Shown: piece after piece, positions 28,348-37,746 of the stretch
How the letters are laid out: every line of letters starts with the position of its first letter
How positions within the stretch are numbered: the stretch's first letter is position 1
Assembly (NCBI GenBank): GCA_965237905.1
Contig: OZ250172.1
Span: 992,001 to 1,056,000, forward strand
Source of the DNA: Nitrospinaceae bacterium
Lineage (GTDB): Bacteria > Nitrospinota > Nitrospinia > Nitrospinales > Nitrospinaceae
DNA length: 64,000 nt
Direction of reading: 5' to 3'
The notes under the pieces: model-generated
The model's database searches: none
What the model saw: the letters and a program-made list of their open reading frames with translations, nothing else
Told to the model about the DNA's origin: nothing
Made by a program: the position numbers and the translations under genes

Positions 28348-31245
28348 ATGGCGCCCGGATTTGGAGCCGAAGCTCCTTCAGTTCAAAATCCCATTCTTGG
28401 TTATGTTTCCGAGCAGACCGATGGTCTGAAATGGGACTATGTGGAACGGGAACAGGCGGAGGATCGGCGGGGTGGAATGGCCGGGGTCTTTTTCTACGAT
28501 TCCCTTCACCAAAAACTCCTTGAGCTGAATGACTGGATGGATGATTCCCTCGCCAAGGAAGTCATCAAGCGCATAGCGAATGTCCGCCCAACGATTGACG
28601 GCAATCAGGAACTCCTCTCATGGTTGCGGGGCCGACAATCCATTCACCACGACCAAGAAAAACGGGAGCGCAACGTAACCCTCATCGATTTCGACCATCC
28701 CGAAAACAATAGTTTTGAAGTAACCGAAGAGTGGCAATACACCAATGGCCGGTTTACCAACCGGGCAGATATTGTTTTTCTCATCAACGGGGTTCCCGTA
28801 GTTTTGGTGGAAGCCAAGGCCGCCCACAAGGAGGAAGGAGTTGCCGAGGGAGTGGAGCAAATACGCCGTTACCATGAGGAAACCCCCGAGATGGTCACCA
28901 TCAACCAGATATTTGACGTGCCCAACCTGCTCGATTGGTATTACGGAGTCACTTGGAATACCAACCGCAAGAATCTGTTCAACTGGCGGGATGAACAACC
29001 GGGAAACTATGAGCAAAAGGTAAAAGCCTTCTTTCAAAGGGATCGCATTCTTAAATTCATTCAGGATTATATTCTATTTATTAAAAGTGATGATGAACTT
29101 CAGAAATACATCCTCAGACAGCATCAGACACGGGCTATAGAAAAAGGAGTTCTACGAAGTTTGGAGGAGGAGAAGAGGACAGGATTATTCTGGCACACTC
29201 AGGGGTCCGGCAAAACCTTCACCATGATCGTTACCGCTAAAAAACTGCTGGATCAACCTGAACTGGAGAAGCCCACGGTTTTGATGTTGGTGGACCGGAA
29301 TGAACTGGAGTCTCAACTGTTTCAGAATCTGGAAGGGTATGGTTTTGGTGATGTCAAAATTATAGAAAGTAAGGCAGATTTAAAGGACACATTAAGGCAT
29401 GACCGGCGGGGTTTGATCGTCAGTATGATCCATAAATTTGAAGGTATTCCTGAAAATATCTGCACTCGGGACAATGTATTTGTACTGGTCGATGAGGCAC
29501 ATCGATCCACGGGAGGTGACTTTGGGAATTACCTCATGGCGGCCTTGCCCAATGCCACTTACTTTGGTTTCACGGGAACGCCTATCGACCAAACCGCCTA
29601 CGGGAAAGGCACTTTTAAAACCTTCGGGCGGGATGATGCCCCCAAGGGATATTTGGACAAATATAGCATGGCGGAGTCTATTGAGGATGGCACCACTCTG
29701 CCCCTCCATTACACCCTTGCCCCAAACGATATGCTGGTAAATCAGGAAACCTTGAGCAAGGAATTTCTCGATCTGGCGGAATCTCAGGGGGTCAGTGACG
29801 TGGAAGAGTTGAACCGCATTCTGGAGCGGGCCGTTACCCTGAAAACGCAAATGAAGGCTCATGATCGGATAGAAAAGGTAGCGGGATTCGTGGCCAAGCA
29901 TTTTCGGGAAAATGTGGAACCCATGGGCTACAAGGCATTTTTGGTTGGGGTGGACCGGGAAGCCTGTGCTTTATATAAAAAGGCTCTTGACCAGCATCTA
30001 CCAGCGGAATACAGCCGCGTGGTTTACTCTCCCAGTCATAATGACAGAGCTTTACTGAAGGAATTTCATCTAAGCATTCAGGAGGAAAAGGATATTCGCA
30101 AGGCATTCAAGCGAAAGTCTGACCTTCCAAAAATTTTAATCATAACGGATAAGCTGTTGACCGGCTTTAACGCACCCCTTCTGTACTGCATGTACCTTGA
30201 CAAACCCATGAGGGATCATGTTTTATTGCAATGCATCGCACGGGTCAACCGACCCTATGAGGACTCGGATGGATTAAAAAAACCAGTGGGATTTATTCTG
30301 GATTTTGTGGGCATTTTTGAAAAGCTGGATAAAGCACTGGCCTTTGATTCAGATGAAGTTTCGAGCGTGATTCAGGACATTGATCTAATCAGAAATGAAT
30401 TTGAAAAACTGATGAAAGACCGGGCCGGTGAATATTTAAAGTTGGTGAAAGGAAAATCAACGGACAAAGATTTTGAAGAGGCGGTTGAGTTTTTCGCTCA
30501 GAAAGAAAAGCGGGATGAGTTTTTCAAACTCTTCAAGACCATTGAATCCTTCTATGAAATCCTTTCGCCGGATGCGTTTTTAGGACCTTTCATTGAAGAC
30601 TACAATAATCTGGCCCGGCTTTATTTTTCCATCCGCAACGCCTATAAGAAGCGAATATATGTTGACCGGGAACTCATGGCCAAAACCAAGGAATTGGTTC
30701 GCCAAAACGTATCCGCCGAAGGGTTCACAGGAGCCCTCCCCATTCAGACTATCGATGAGAATACACTGACCGCCTTAAAGCAATCGAAGAGCACCAATCA
30801 CGTCAAAGTGATTAATCTCATCAAAACAATTCGTATTACGATTGATGATGAAGGCGGAGATAATCCCTTTTTGATCTCCATAGGAGAAAGAGCGGATGCC
30901 ATTGCCGAAATGTACGAGGACCGGCAATTGAACACAGAAAAAGCCCTTCGCAAACTGGAAGTATTAATCCGGGAATATAATGAAGCCCTGCAAGAATGGA
31001 AGAAAAAGGGGCTAGATATAGATACCTTTTCCATTTACTGGTTGTTGCAGAAATCAGGATTAAAAAAAGCTGAAAAACTGGCTGTGGAGGTCAACGCTGT
31101 ATTTAACTCCAATCCTAATTGGAAGGTGAACGGCAATGAGTTTCGTATTCTTAAAAGGGGATTGTATAAGGTTTTGATGAAGCCGGTGGGAAAGGACAGA
31201 ATCAAGCAAGTGACGGATCAGCTTTTGCGGGTTAGAAAAGGATGA
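28348..31245 (+). CDS. hsdR: Type I R-M restriction subunit R
   Basis: RADIVFLINGVPVVLVEAK, WHTQGSGKT, DEAHRS, FTGTP, LLTGFNAP, IARVNR. Confidence 0.95.
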   Translation: MAPGFGAEAPSVQNPILGYVSEQTDGLKWDYVEREQAEDRRGGMAGVFFYDSLHQKLLELNDWMDDSLAKEVIKRIANVRPTIDGNQELLSWLRGRQSIHHDQEKRERNVTLIDFDHPENNSFEVTEEWQYTNGRFTNRADIVFLINGVPVVLVEAKAAHKEEGVAEGVEQIRRYHEETPEMVTINQIFDVPNLLDWYYGVTWNTNRKNLFNWRDEQPGNYEQKVKAFFQRDRILKFIQDYILFIKSDDELQKYILRQHQTRAIEKGVLRSLEEEKRTGLFWHTQGSGKTFTMIVTAKKLLDQPELEKPTVLMLVDRNELESQLFQNLEGYGFGDVKIIESKADLKDTLRHDRRGLIVSMIHKFEGIPENICTRDNVFVLVDEAHRSTGGDFGNYLMAALPNATYFGFTGTPIDQTAYGKGTFKTFGRDDAPKGYLDKYSMAESIEDGTTLPLHYTLAPNDMLVNQETLSKEFLDLAESQGVSDVEELNRILERAVTLKTQMKAHDRIEKVAGFVAKHFRENVEPMGYKAFLVGVDREACALYKKALDQHLPAEYSRVVYSPSHNDRALLKEFHLSIQEEKDIRKAFKRKSDLPKILIITDKLLTGFNAPLLYCMYLDKPMRDHVLLQCIARVNRPYEDSDGLKKPVGFILDFVGIFEKLDKALAFDSDEVSSVIQDIDLIRNEFEKLMKDRAGEYLKLVKGKSTDKDFEEAVEFFAQKEKRDEFFKLFKTIESFYEILSPDAFLGPFIEDYNNLARLYFSIRNAYKKRIYVDRELMAKTKELVRQNVSAEGFTGALPIQTIDENTLTALKQSKSTNHVKVINLIKTIRITIDDEGGDNPFLISIGERADAIAEMYEDRQLNTEKALRKLEVLIREYNEALQEWKKKGLDIDTFSIYWLLQKSGLKKAEKLAVEVNAVFNSNPNWKVNGNEFRILKRGLYKVLMKPVGKDRIKQVTDQLLRVRKG

Positions 31246-31589
31246 AAGTGGCTATCAACAAGGAATCGATCAAGAAAAAAGCCAAAGCGGCTAAACCGTG
31301 GACCGACAAGGCGGGATTAAAATCTCGTGTCCGGGAGTGGGAAAAGAAAATTAAGGTTGATGTTAGGGAGGTCCATATTCGGGATATGCGGAATAAGTGG
31401 GCTTCCATAACCACCGATGGGGGCCGGTTGACATTGAATAGGGAGTTGCTCAGGCATCCCTCTGATTTTGCCGATTACGTGATTGTGCATGAGTTGATTC
31501 ATTTAAAGGTCCCTAATCACGGAAAACTCTTCAAAAGCCTAATGACCATCCACCTTCCAAAATGGGGAAATTATTCAAATACTAAATAA
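31242..31589 (+). CDS. M48/YgjP-like zinc metallopeptidase-domain protein
   Basis: DYVIVHELIHLKVPNHG (HExxH); usual position after hsdR. Confidence 0.85.
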   Translation: MKVAINKESIKKKAKAAKPWTDKAGLKSRVREWEKKIKVDVREVHIRDMRNKWASITTDGGRLTLNRELLRHPSDFADYVIVHELIHLKVPNHGKLFKSLMTIHLPKWGNYSNTK

Positions 31590-31610
31590 TTAACTTTAAA
31601 GGAATTATTT

Positions 31611-32300
31611 ATGGGGTCTCATGATTTAGAAAACATAAAAAGCATTATTAATAAAGAGGGGTATCAAATTGAGGATGAGAAAAGGCTAGGGAATAATACA
31701 GGCTCTCAATTGCGATTAAAAAGTGGTGAAATCATCAATATTTATGATAAAGGCACAATACAATTTCAAGGAACCCAAAATGGTGCTCTGGAGGCCCTTA
31801 TTAAAGGAGAAGGAAGGTCTTCTGGACCAAAGCATTTACCAAAAGAAAATCGAAAGGTTTTTATTGTTTACGGCCATGATGAAAATGCTAAATGCGAATT
31901 GGAAGCGATGCTGAGAAGGTGGGAAATCAATCCTATATTTTTGGATCAATTGCCATCAGAAGGCCAGACTATAATTGAAAAATTGGGAAAATACAGAGCT
32001 GAGGTTTCATTTGCTGTGGTATTGGCAACCCCAGATGACGAGGGCTTTAAGGTGGGTCACAGCGATGAAAAGGCTTTTCGGGCTAGGCAAAATGTTGTGC
32101 TGGAGACAGGCATGATGCTAGCTCTTTTAGGTCGGGCAAAGGTAGCAATCCTTTTAAAGGATCAAGAGAAGATGGAACGCCCCTCAGATATACAGGGATT
32201 AATATATATACCTTTTAAGGATCGTGTGGAAGACGGCAAATTGCTTTTGGCAAAAGAGTTAAATGCTCAAGGAATAAATATCGATGTAGATAAAATTTAA
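31611..32300 (+). CDS. TIR-like domain protein (Cap12/Pycsar TIR-like family) with small N-terminal domain
   Basis: KVFIVYGHDE, FAVVLATPDD, RARQNVVLETG, PSDIQG. Confidence 0.85.
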   Translation: MGSHDLENIKSIINKEGYQIEDEKRLGNNTGSQLRLKSGEIINIYDKGTIQFQGTQNGALEALIKGEGRSSGPKHLPKENRKVFIVYGHDENAKCELEAMLRRWEINPIFLDQLPSEGQTIIEKLGKYRAEVSFAVVLATPDDEGFKVGHSDEKAFRARQNVVLETGMMLALLGRAKVAILLKDQEKMERPSDIQGLIYIPFKDRVEDGKLLLAKELNAQGINIDVDKI

Positions 32301-32370
32301 TCCCCTTAATTGGTATATGGTCATTTCACAAGTTTAAAGCTTATCTACTGATTAACCTCTAGCATAAAAT

Positions 32371-33144
32371 ATGAACAATTCAGGTATCATAGATGTCAAC
32401 TCGTTTCATTTTCAATTTAAGCCAAGCCAAATAGAATTAATTACAAATCCAAATGCTAAAGATGAAGAATTCAAATTTAGAACAGCGGTTGAACTGTGCC
32501 AACATATTGTCAGTAATTGGGATAATGAAAATACCCGTTTTCAGAGAGAGATTGATGCATTCCTAACAAACGATCCGACATATCAAGTTTGGAATAAAAC
32601 CAAAACTCTATTAAAAGATGCACCGGCATATAAAGTTTATCGTGGGGATAGCAAAAGATTACATGAGGCAACCAATACTCTTATCAATGGAAACCAATTA
32701 TCTCCCTCAGACTATGAGTTAATTGAGTCCCTTCAGAAAGAAATATATTCGTCAAAGGTCTGTTTGAAAAAAGGTCAGACTGTTTTTCATGGGATGGGCA
32801 TTTCTAAAACGTCTAAATGGAAATCGAATTTAACCATACCCGAATTTCTCTCGACCACCCTAAACCCCATAGTGGCGTTTTCTCATGCAACTCGAAAATC
32901 TGGAAATTTTGGTGAGGTGGGATTTGATTTACAACCAACGATATTAATTATTAAAATGAAAATCGATTCATCAACGATTTTGGGTATGGGTAAGTATAAA
33001 CATGAGCAAGAGCTATTATTAAATTGCGGTGCTCAAATTTCTGTTTGTCAGACCCAAAATTTTCAGGTGGTAAATAAATCTTGGGGTTTTGATATTTACG
33101 AAATTGAGCTAACAGGTTTTGCTGAAATTTTCAATTCTGATTAA
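32371..33144 (+). CDS. Putative ADP-ribosyltransferase-fold protein (VIP2/C3-like motifs)
   Basis: TVFHG...EFLSTTLN...HEQELLL in ART order. Confidence 0.55.
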   Translation: MNNSGIIDVNSFHFQFKPSQIELITNPNAKDEEFKFRTAVELCQHIVSNWDNENTRFQREIDAFLTNDPTYQVWNKTKTLLKDAPAYKVYRGDSKRLHEATNTLINGNQLSPSDYELIESLQKEIYSSKVCLKKGQTVFHGMGISKTSKWKSNLTIPEFLSTTLNPIVAFSHATRKSGNFGEVGFDLQPTILIIKMKIDSSTILGMGKYKHEQELLLNCGAQISVCQTQNFQVVNKSWGFDIYEIELTGFAEIFNSD

Positions 33145-33162
33145 ATAAACTTATCCTCAAGC

Positions 33163-33666
33163 ATGAACCATATCCACAGTTTTCCTCCAATTTCCGATAA
33201 GGATTCACGGGTACTTATTCTGGGGAGTATGCCGGGTAAAGAGTCGTTAGTGAATAACGAATATTATGCCCACTCCAGAAATTCATTCTGGCGAATTATG
33301 GGGGAAATATTAGAAATTCCTGAGGGAATATCCTATGTGGATAAAACCAAGGCCTTGCTGAATGGGGAAATAGCCTTGTGGGACGTTCTTAAAGCTTGTA
33401 CTCGGGAATCAAGTTTGGACTCTGATATCGTTGAATCTTCTATTATCTGCAATGACTTTAATAAGTTTTATGAATCCCACCACTACGTATCCAAGGTCTT
33501 TTTTAATGGAGCAAAGGCGGAAGCCCTGTATATGAAATACGTTCATCCTGATCTGCCTGATGAATCCAGAGACATCCAATATGTCAGACTACCATCAACA
33601 AGCCCGGCAAATGCCAGACAGACACTGAACGCAAAAATTGACGCATGGCGAGTAATAGTAGGTTGA
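33163..33666 (+). CDS. DNA-deoxyinosine (hypoxanthine) glycosylase, UDG superfamily
   Basis: LILGSMPG..SL...YYAH.RN.FW, IALWDV, SSLDSDI, LPSTSPAN. Confidence 0.9.
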   Translation: MNHIHSFPPISDKDSRVLILGSMPGKESLVNNEYYAHSRNSFWRIMGEILEIPEGISYVDKTKALLNGEIALWDVLKACTRESSLDSDIVESSIICNDFNKFYESHHYVSKVFFNGAKAEALYMKYVHPDLPDESRDIQYVRLPSTSPANARQTLNAKIDAWRVIVG

Positions 33667-33849
33667 TTGATCTGATTATCTAAAAAGAGTTTTGTGGGGC
33701 ACTCTTGGGGCACTAGGGAGCAAAATAAGACGGTTTCCCACCAAAAGAGACATATTAATTAATTCAATTAATCCTCCCTCCTACCGCCTATTATACGCCT
33801 ATTAATAGAAAGTGGGCTACGGGACTAGGCCCGTAATCTATTGTTTTAT

Positions 33850-33925
33850 TGGTGGGCCGTCACGGGATCGAACCGTGGACCTACTGATTAAGAGTCAGTT
33901 GCTCTACCAGTTGAGCTAACGGCCC
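33850..33925 (-). tRNA. tRNA-Lys (CTT)
   Basis: GGGCCGTTAGCTCAACTGGTAGAGCAACTGACTCTTAATCAGTAGGTCCACGGTTCGATCCCGTGACGGCCCACCA; 76 nt with encoded CCA. Confidence 0.97.
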
Positions 33926-33956
33926 ACCTTTAATTGTTCCTTATTATATGGAGCAT

Positions 33957-33985
33957 AAATTAGCATGCTCCCAAGGGGGAGTCAA
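33957..33985 (-). promoter_or_regulatory. Putative sigma70 promoter of the tRNA
   Basis: TTGACT-N17-TAATTT with extended TG on the minus strand. Confidence 0.5.
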
Positions 33986-34141
33986 TATGGCCTCCTCCTG
34001 CGTTCCACCGTCGGCTCTCTCTCCTACCCCCCTCCTATAATGTGCGTCCCTTGCATTCCGAATAAGGTAGAAAATGTATTCATTATATATAAACAGACTG
34101 CGCGCTCCCGACACAATCACCCGCTACCGGGAACTCTTACC

Positions 34142-34483
34142 CTATAAAAAATTTAACAGCTTCATCTGCCCCATGGCGATCAGGTTGCACAAACCTCCCA
34201 GGACCAACGAAGCAAATAAATAAAGGAACGCCTTGCTTCGGTCAATCCGTATTTGCACAATATCTGCCAACAGCCCCAGCCCCATCAGGCCGAAAAAGAG
34301 TACCTGCTGGATCTTCAATAAAATATCCTCACCTTCCAGCGGCTCCCCTTCCCGTATCCCGGGAAAGCGGTATTCATTGTAGAAACAGGCCGCATACAGC
34401 CCGACCAGGAAGAAAACCCATATCTTTTTCAATAAGATAAGGGTTTCTTCCACCCGGGGTTCTTTGATTGGATCATTTTCCAT
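34142..34483 (-). CDS. Small hypothetical membrane protein
   Basis: 113 aa with three hydrophobic segments. Confidence 0.6.
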   Translation of the reverse strand: MENDPIKEPRVEETLILLKKIWVFFLVGLYAACFYNEYRFPGIREGEPLEGEDILLKIQQVLFFGLMGLGLLADIVQIRIDRSKAFLYLFASLVLGGLCNLIAMGQMKLLNFL

Positions 34484-34745
34484 GGCTACGGCCAGCGGGC
34501 TCCGTCAATTTTTAAAATCTTCCTCTTTACTGTGGCATCTAATTTGGTATAACTTACATAAAATCAGATTTAAAGCTGAGATATGACGCGGAGGGTCCTG
34601 GACTCAGGGGGGACCGGCATTCCCCGTTTTTGTTTTTATGAAAGTTGCCCCCCTTATTCAGACCACTAGTTCAAAAACACAGGCTTCCATTCAAGATTCT
34701 ACACTATTTTTCAGTGTTAACATTCAGGAGAAAGGATCAAGCATC

Positions 34746-35381
34746 ATGGCTATCAGACTAGGAGACGAAGCACCCAATTTTACCGCCGACACCACTGAAG
34801 GGAAAATTGATTTCCATCAATGGCTGGGCGACGGCTGGGGAGTGTTATTTTCCCATCCCAAAGATTACACCCCGGTTTGCACTACCGAACTGGGCCGTGT
34901 GGCTAATTTGAAACAGGAATTCGAAAAAAGAAAGGTGAAAGTTCTCGCCCTCAGCGTGGATTCTGTCGACGACCACAAAGGATGGATCAAGGATATTAAC
35001 GAAACCCAGAGTTGTACCGTTAATTATCCGATCATTGCCGATCCCGACAAAAAAGTGGCGAAGTTGTACGATATGATCCACCCCAACGCGCTGAATAACC
35101 TGACCGTGCGTTCGGTTTTCGTCATCGGTCCGGATAAACAGGTAAAACTCACCCTGACCTATCCGGCCTCCACCGGCCGCAATTTTGACGAGCTGTTACG
35201 GGTGATCGATTCCCTGCAGTTGACCGCCAATTATCAGGTGGCCACCCCGGTGGACTGGAAACACGGTGAGGATTGCGTGGTGGTTCCCGCAATCAAAACG
35301 GAAGATATTCCGGCGAAGTTCCCGAAGGGGCATAAGGTCATCAAGCCCTATCTGCGGACCACGCCGCAACCGAATCTCTAA
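34746..35381 (+). CDS. 1-Cys peroxiredoxin (Prx6)
   Basis: FSHPKDYTPVCTTE, YPASTGRNFDE; RBS-like AGGAG/AAGGA before ATG 34746. Confidence 0.95.
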   Translation: MAIRLGDEAPNFTADTTEGKIDFHQWLGDGWGVLFSHPKDYTPVCTTELGRVANLKQEFEKRKVKVLALSVDSVDDHKGWIKDINETQSCTVNYPIIADPDKKVAKLYDMIHPNALNNLTVRSVFVIGPDKQVKLTLTYPASTGRNFDELLRVIDSLQLTANYQVATPVDWKHGEDCVVVPAIKTEDIPAKFPKGHKVIKPYLRTTPQPNL

Positions 35382-35492
35382 AATGTTCCAAGGTTTGGAG
35401 GGCGGGTTGCCCTCCAAACTTTTCTTTTCCCCTGCTCCGTGCTATTCTGGCCTCGAATTTAATTCCCATCTTAAATTAAGATTTAGCCCATC

Positions 35493-36344
35493 ATGAACCC
35501 AAACGCACAGCCTCCTGAAATTTCATCTCTGATTCGCCTGCTGGACGACCGCGACCCGTATGTGACCGACCAGGTTGGCAACCGTTTGGTGGAATTGGGA
35601 ATCGAAGCGGTGCCTTTTTTGGAGATGGCCAGCCGTGGAGAAAACCTGACCCTTAAAACCCGAGCACTGGGAATTTTGGAAAGGATTGCTCCCCGGCAAC
35701 TGGCAGATACCTTTCGCAGTCTTTCACGGACCCCGGACGATATTGATCTGGAAAAGGGTGTTCTCCTGCTCATGCAGTTTGGCCATCCGTCCGCCGACCC
35801 GGAACAGATTCATCAACAACTGGATCAACTGGCGGAAGGTCTGGCTCCGAAGATCAAACTGGAAGAACCCGCCACCCAGATTCTTGGACAATTGACGAAT
35901 TATCTGTTTCGTCAACACGGGATTCATGGCAATCAGGACAACTATATCGATCCGGACAACAGCTATTTCGACACGGTGCTTAAAAATAAAACCGGCCTTC
36001 CTATCGCCCTCTCCGTATTGTGCATTTTAATTGGACAGCGCTTGCAAATTCCGATCGTCGGCATCGGCCTGCCCTATCATTTTATCGCCAAGTACAATTC
36101 GGCGGCCGATCCGATCTTCTTTGATCCCTTTCACCGGGGCCGCGTTCTGACTCCCGAAAAATGCTCGGAAATGGTTCAGGGATTCGGCGTCCAGTTTGAA
36201 GATCACTACCTGTTTCCGGTCACCCACCGGGAAATTCTGACACGCATGATCCAAAACCTCGTCAATATCTACCAGAAATTGGACGAGCCGGCAAAGGTGA
36301 TCTCCCTCAAAGAGTATTCACAAATTTTGATGGGTCAAAAATAA
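35493..36344 (+). CDS. SirB1/transglutaminase-like protein
   Basis: GNQDNYIDPDNSY, GLPIALS, GIGLPYHF, FDPFHRG. Confidence 0.8.
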   Translation: MNPNAQPPEISSLIRLLDDRDPYVTDQVGNRLVELGIEAVPFLEMASRGENLTLKTRALGILERIAPRQLADTFRSLSRTPDDIDLEKGVLLLMQFGHPSADPEQIHQQLDQLAEGLAPKIKLEEPATQILGQLTNYLFRQHGIHGNQDNYIDPDNSYFDTVLKNKTGLPIALSVLCILIGQRLQIPIVGIGLPYHFIAKYNSAADPIFFDPFHRGRVLTPEKCSEMVQGFGVQFEDHYLFPVTHREILTRMIQNLVNIYQKLDEPAKVISLKEYSQILMGQK

Positions 36345-36366
36345 AAGGGTTGCTGACCGGCTCCGG

Positions 36367-37527
36367 TCAGGAAATTCCGATCCCGTTGCTGGATTGGGAT
36401 TGTCGCTCAAGCTGCTTGGTGAGAATGATCTCCCGCAGGCGTTCCAGAATGAAATCCGCCAGATCTGCCACGGTACGAATCACCTTGGGTTGGCTGAAAA
36501 TCTTTTTCGCTTCGGAAGTAAACTCATTGTCCACAACCGAGTTGACCAATTCATTCACGTTACGAATGTTTTCAGGATTCACCGCCGCGTTTTCTTGTGC
36601 AAACAAGTCGCTGGACGGAGCGGGTCCCGGCTGCGGTCCCGATGCGGGTTGTGGGTTGGATGAACCGGACGCCAACTGACGACTCGTCCCTTCAGGTGGA
36701 GCAATGGCCCCCTCTGGATTAACGGTTTGGGCCTGGAGCCCTTCCTGTCCCTGATTGTTTGGAGATACGGCATCAGGCTGACTGACCGGAGTTTCCACAC
36801 GGGCGTGTTCACCTGCTTGTGCGTTCTGCAGTGCCGGACTGGCGGCGGTCACCGTAAAATCTCTATTCGAAGTTTCAGGCGGCTCTGCCACTGTCACCGG
36901 GTTGTCCACATTCGTATGCTCACGCGCTTGCGCGTTCTGCAATGCCGGACTCGCGGTAATCACCGGATTATTAGGCTCGGCTCCATTCGTGATTCTTTCT
37001 ACTGAAATGAGATTTTCTGAGGCGGGAACCCCTCCAACCAAATCTTCATTCGGTAGGGACACATTAGCGATCACCCCATCCTCTATCCCTGGAAGGCTGA
37101 GTGTTTCCACCACAGCCTGCTCCACGCTGGAGGTCAAATCCCGAATCGCTTCAGGATTCGATGCCACCACGGTCGCGGCATTCTCAGCTTGCTCCAAACC
37201 GGGTTGGCTCAAGAAGTCAGATACCGCTGTCCGGACCTTTCCTGCCAGATCCTGAATCGCGCCCAACTCATCAGAGTTCAATCCATCCCCGACCACCGCT
37301 GAATAGGCAGAAGCCGCCCGTGCCACTGATGAGATTTCCGGAGTGACCGGGTCTTGGCTCTGCTCCGGTGAATCCTCCAACGGAGGAGGCGCAGGATTTC
37401 CCGGTGCAGGCACAGGGTTCCCTTTCAATGCCTTAAGCTGAGCATTGGCAGAAACCGAAGCTCTCACTTGGGAAAGTGAGGCTTGCCGGACCGGGTTCGC
37501 AATTTCGTTTAAAACTTGAATATCCAT
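36367..37527 (-). CDS. Hypothetical low-complexity protein under a sigma28-type promoter
   Basis: 386 aa, P/S/A/N-rich; internal repeat ASPALQNAQAxEH twice. Confidence 0.7.
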   Translation of the reverse strand: MDIQVLNEIANPVRQASLSQVRASVSANAQLKALKGNPVPAPGNPAPPPLEDSPEQSQDPVTPEISSVARAASAYSAVVGDGLNSDELGAIQDLAGKVRTAVSDFLSQPGLEQAENAATVVASNPEAIRDLTSSVEQAVVETLSLPGIEDGVIANVSLPNEDLVGGVPASENLISVERITNGAEPNNPVITASPALQNAQAREHTNVDNPVTVAEPPETSNRDFTVTAASPALQNAQAGEHARVETPVSQPDAVSPNNQGQEGLQAQTVNPEGAIAPPEGTSRQLASGSSNPQPASGPQPGPAPSSDLFAQENAAVNPENIRNVNELVNSVVDNEFTSEAKKIFSQPKVIRTVADLADFILERLREIILTKQLERQSQSSNGIGIS

Positions 37528-37585
37528 TGATTCCTAAGCCTTTTAATTAACAGAACAAGGCGGATTTGGGTTTTTCCTGATATCT

Positions 37586-37612
37586 TTATCGGCAGAATTA
37601 CCCGAAACCTGA
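37586..37612 (-). promoter_or_regulatory. sigma28 (FliA) promoter
   Basis: TCAGGTTT-N11-GCCGATAA on the minus strand. Confidence 0.75.
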
Positions 37613-37746
37613 GCCGGTTTATTGAAAAAACCCAAAGACCAACCCTTTATTTTATGGGAATTTAGGAGTAAATCAGGACAAGCCGTTGATTTATCGGCAT
37701 GTTGAACCGCCTAACAAAAATGATCCGGATAACCCATGGTTTGAAT

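Larger units (their letters stand above)
17925..33895. mobile_element. ~16 kb tRNA-Lys-integrated genomic island (integrase + Rep_trans + defence cargo)
   Basis: 48-bp direct repeats at both ends equal to the tRNA 3' part; adjacent integrase; AT-rich cargo. Confidence 0.92.

Noticed and set aside
31611..32300. CBASS, Pycsar or Thoeris call
   Set aside because: No cyclase, STING, cNMP-binding domain or ThsA-like partner in the island
17925..33895. Complete prophage or ICE
   Set aside because: No capsid, tail, large terminase, lysis or T4SS genes
34638..34745. N-terminal extensions in the ORF track (Prx from 34638; also 43675, 49192, 51823, 22153)
   Set aside because: Family homology and RBS or overlap point to downstream ATGs (34746, 43795, 49312, 51952, 22207)
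37691..37715. Second sigma28 promoter (GCCGATAA, minus strand)
   Set aside because: No acceptable -35 element at the right spacing
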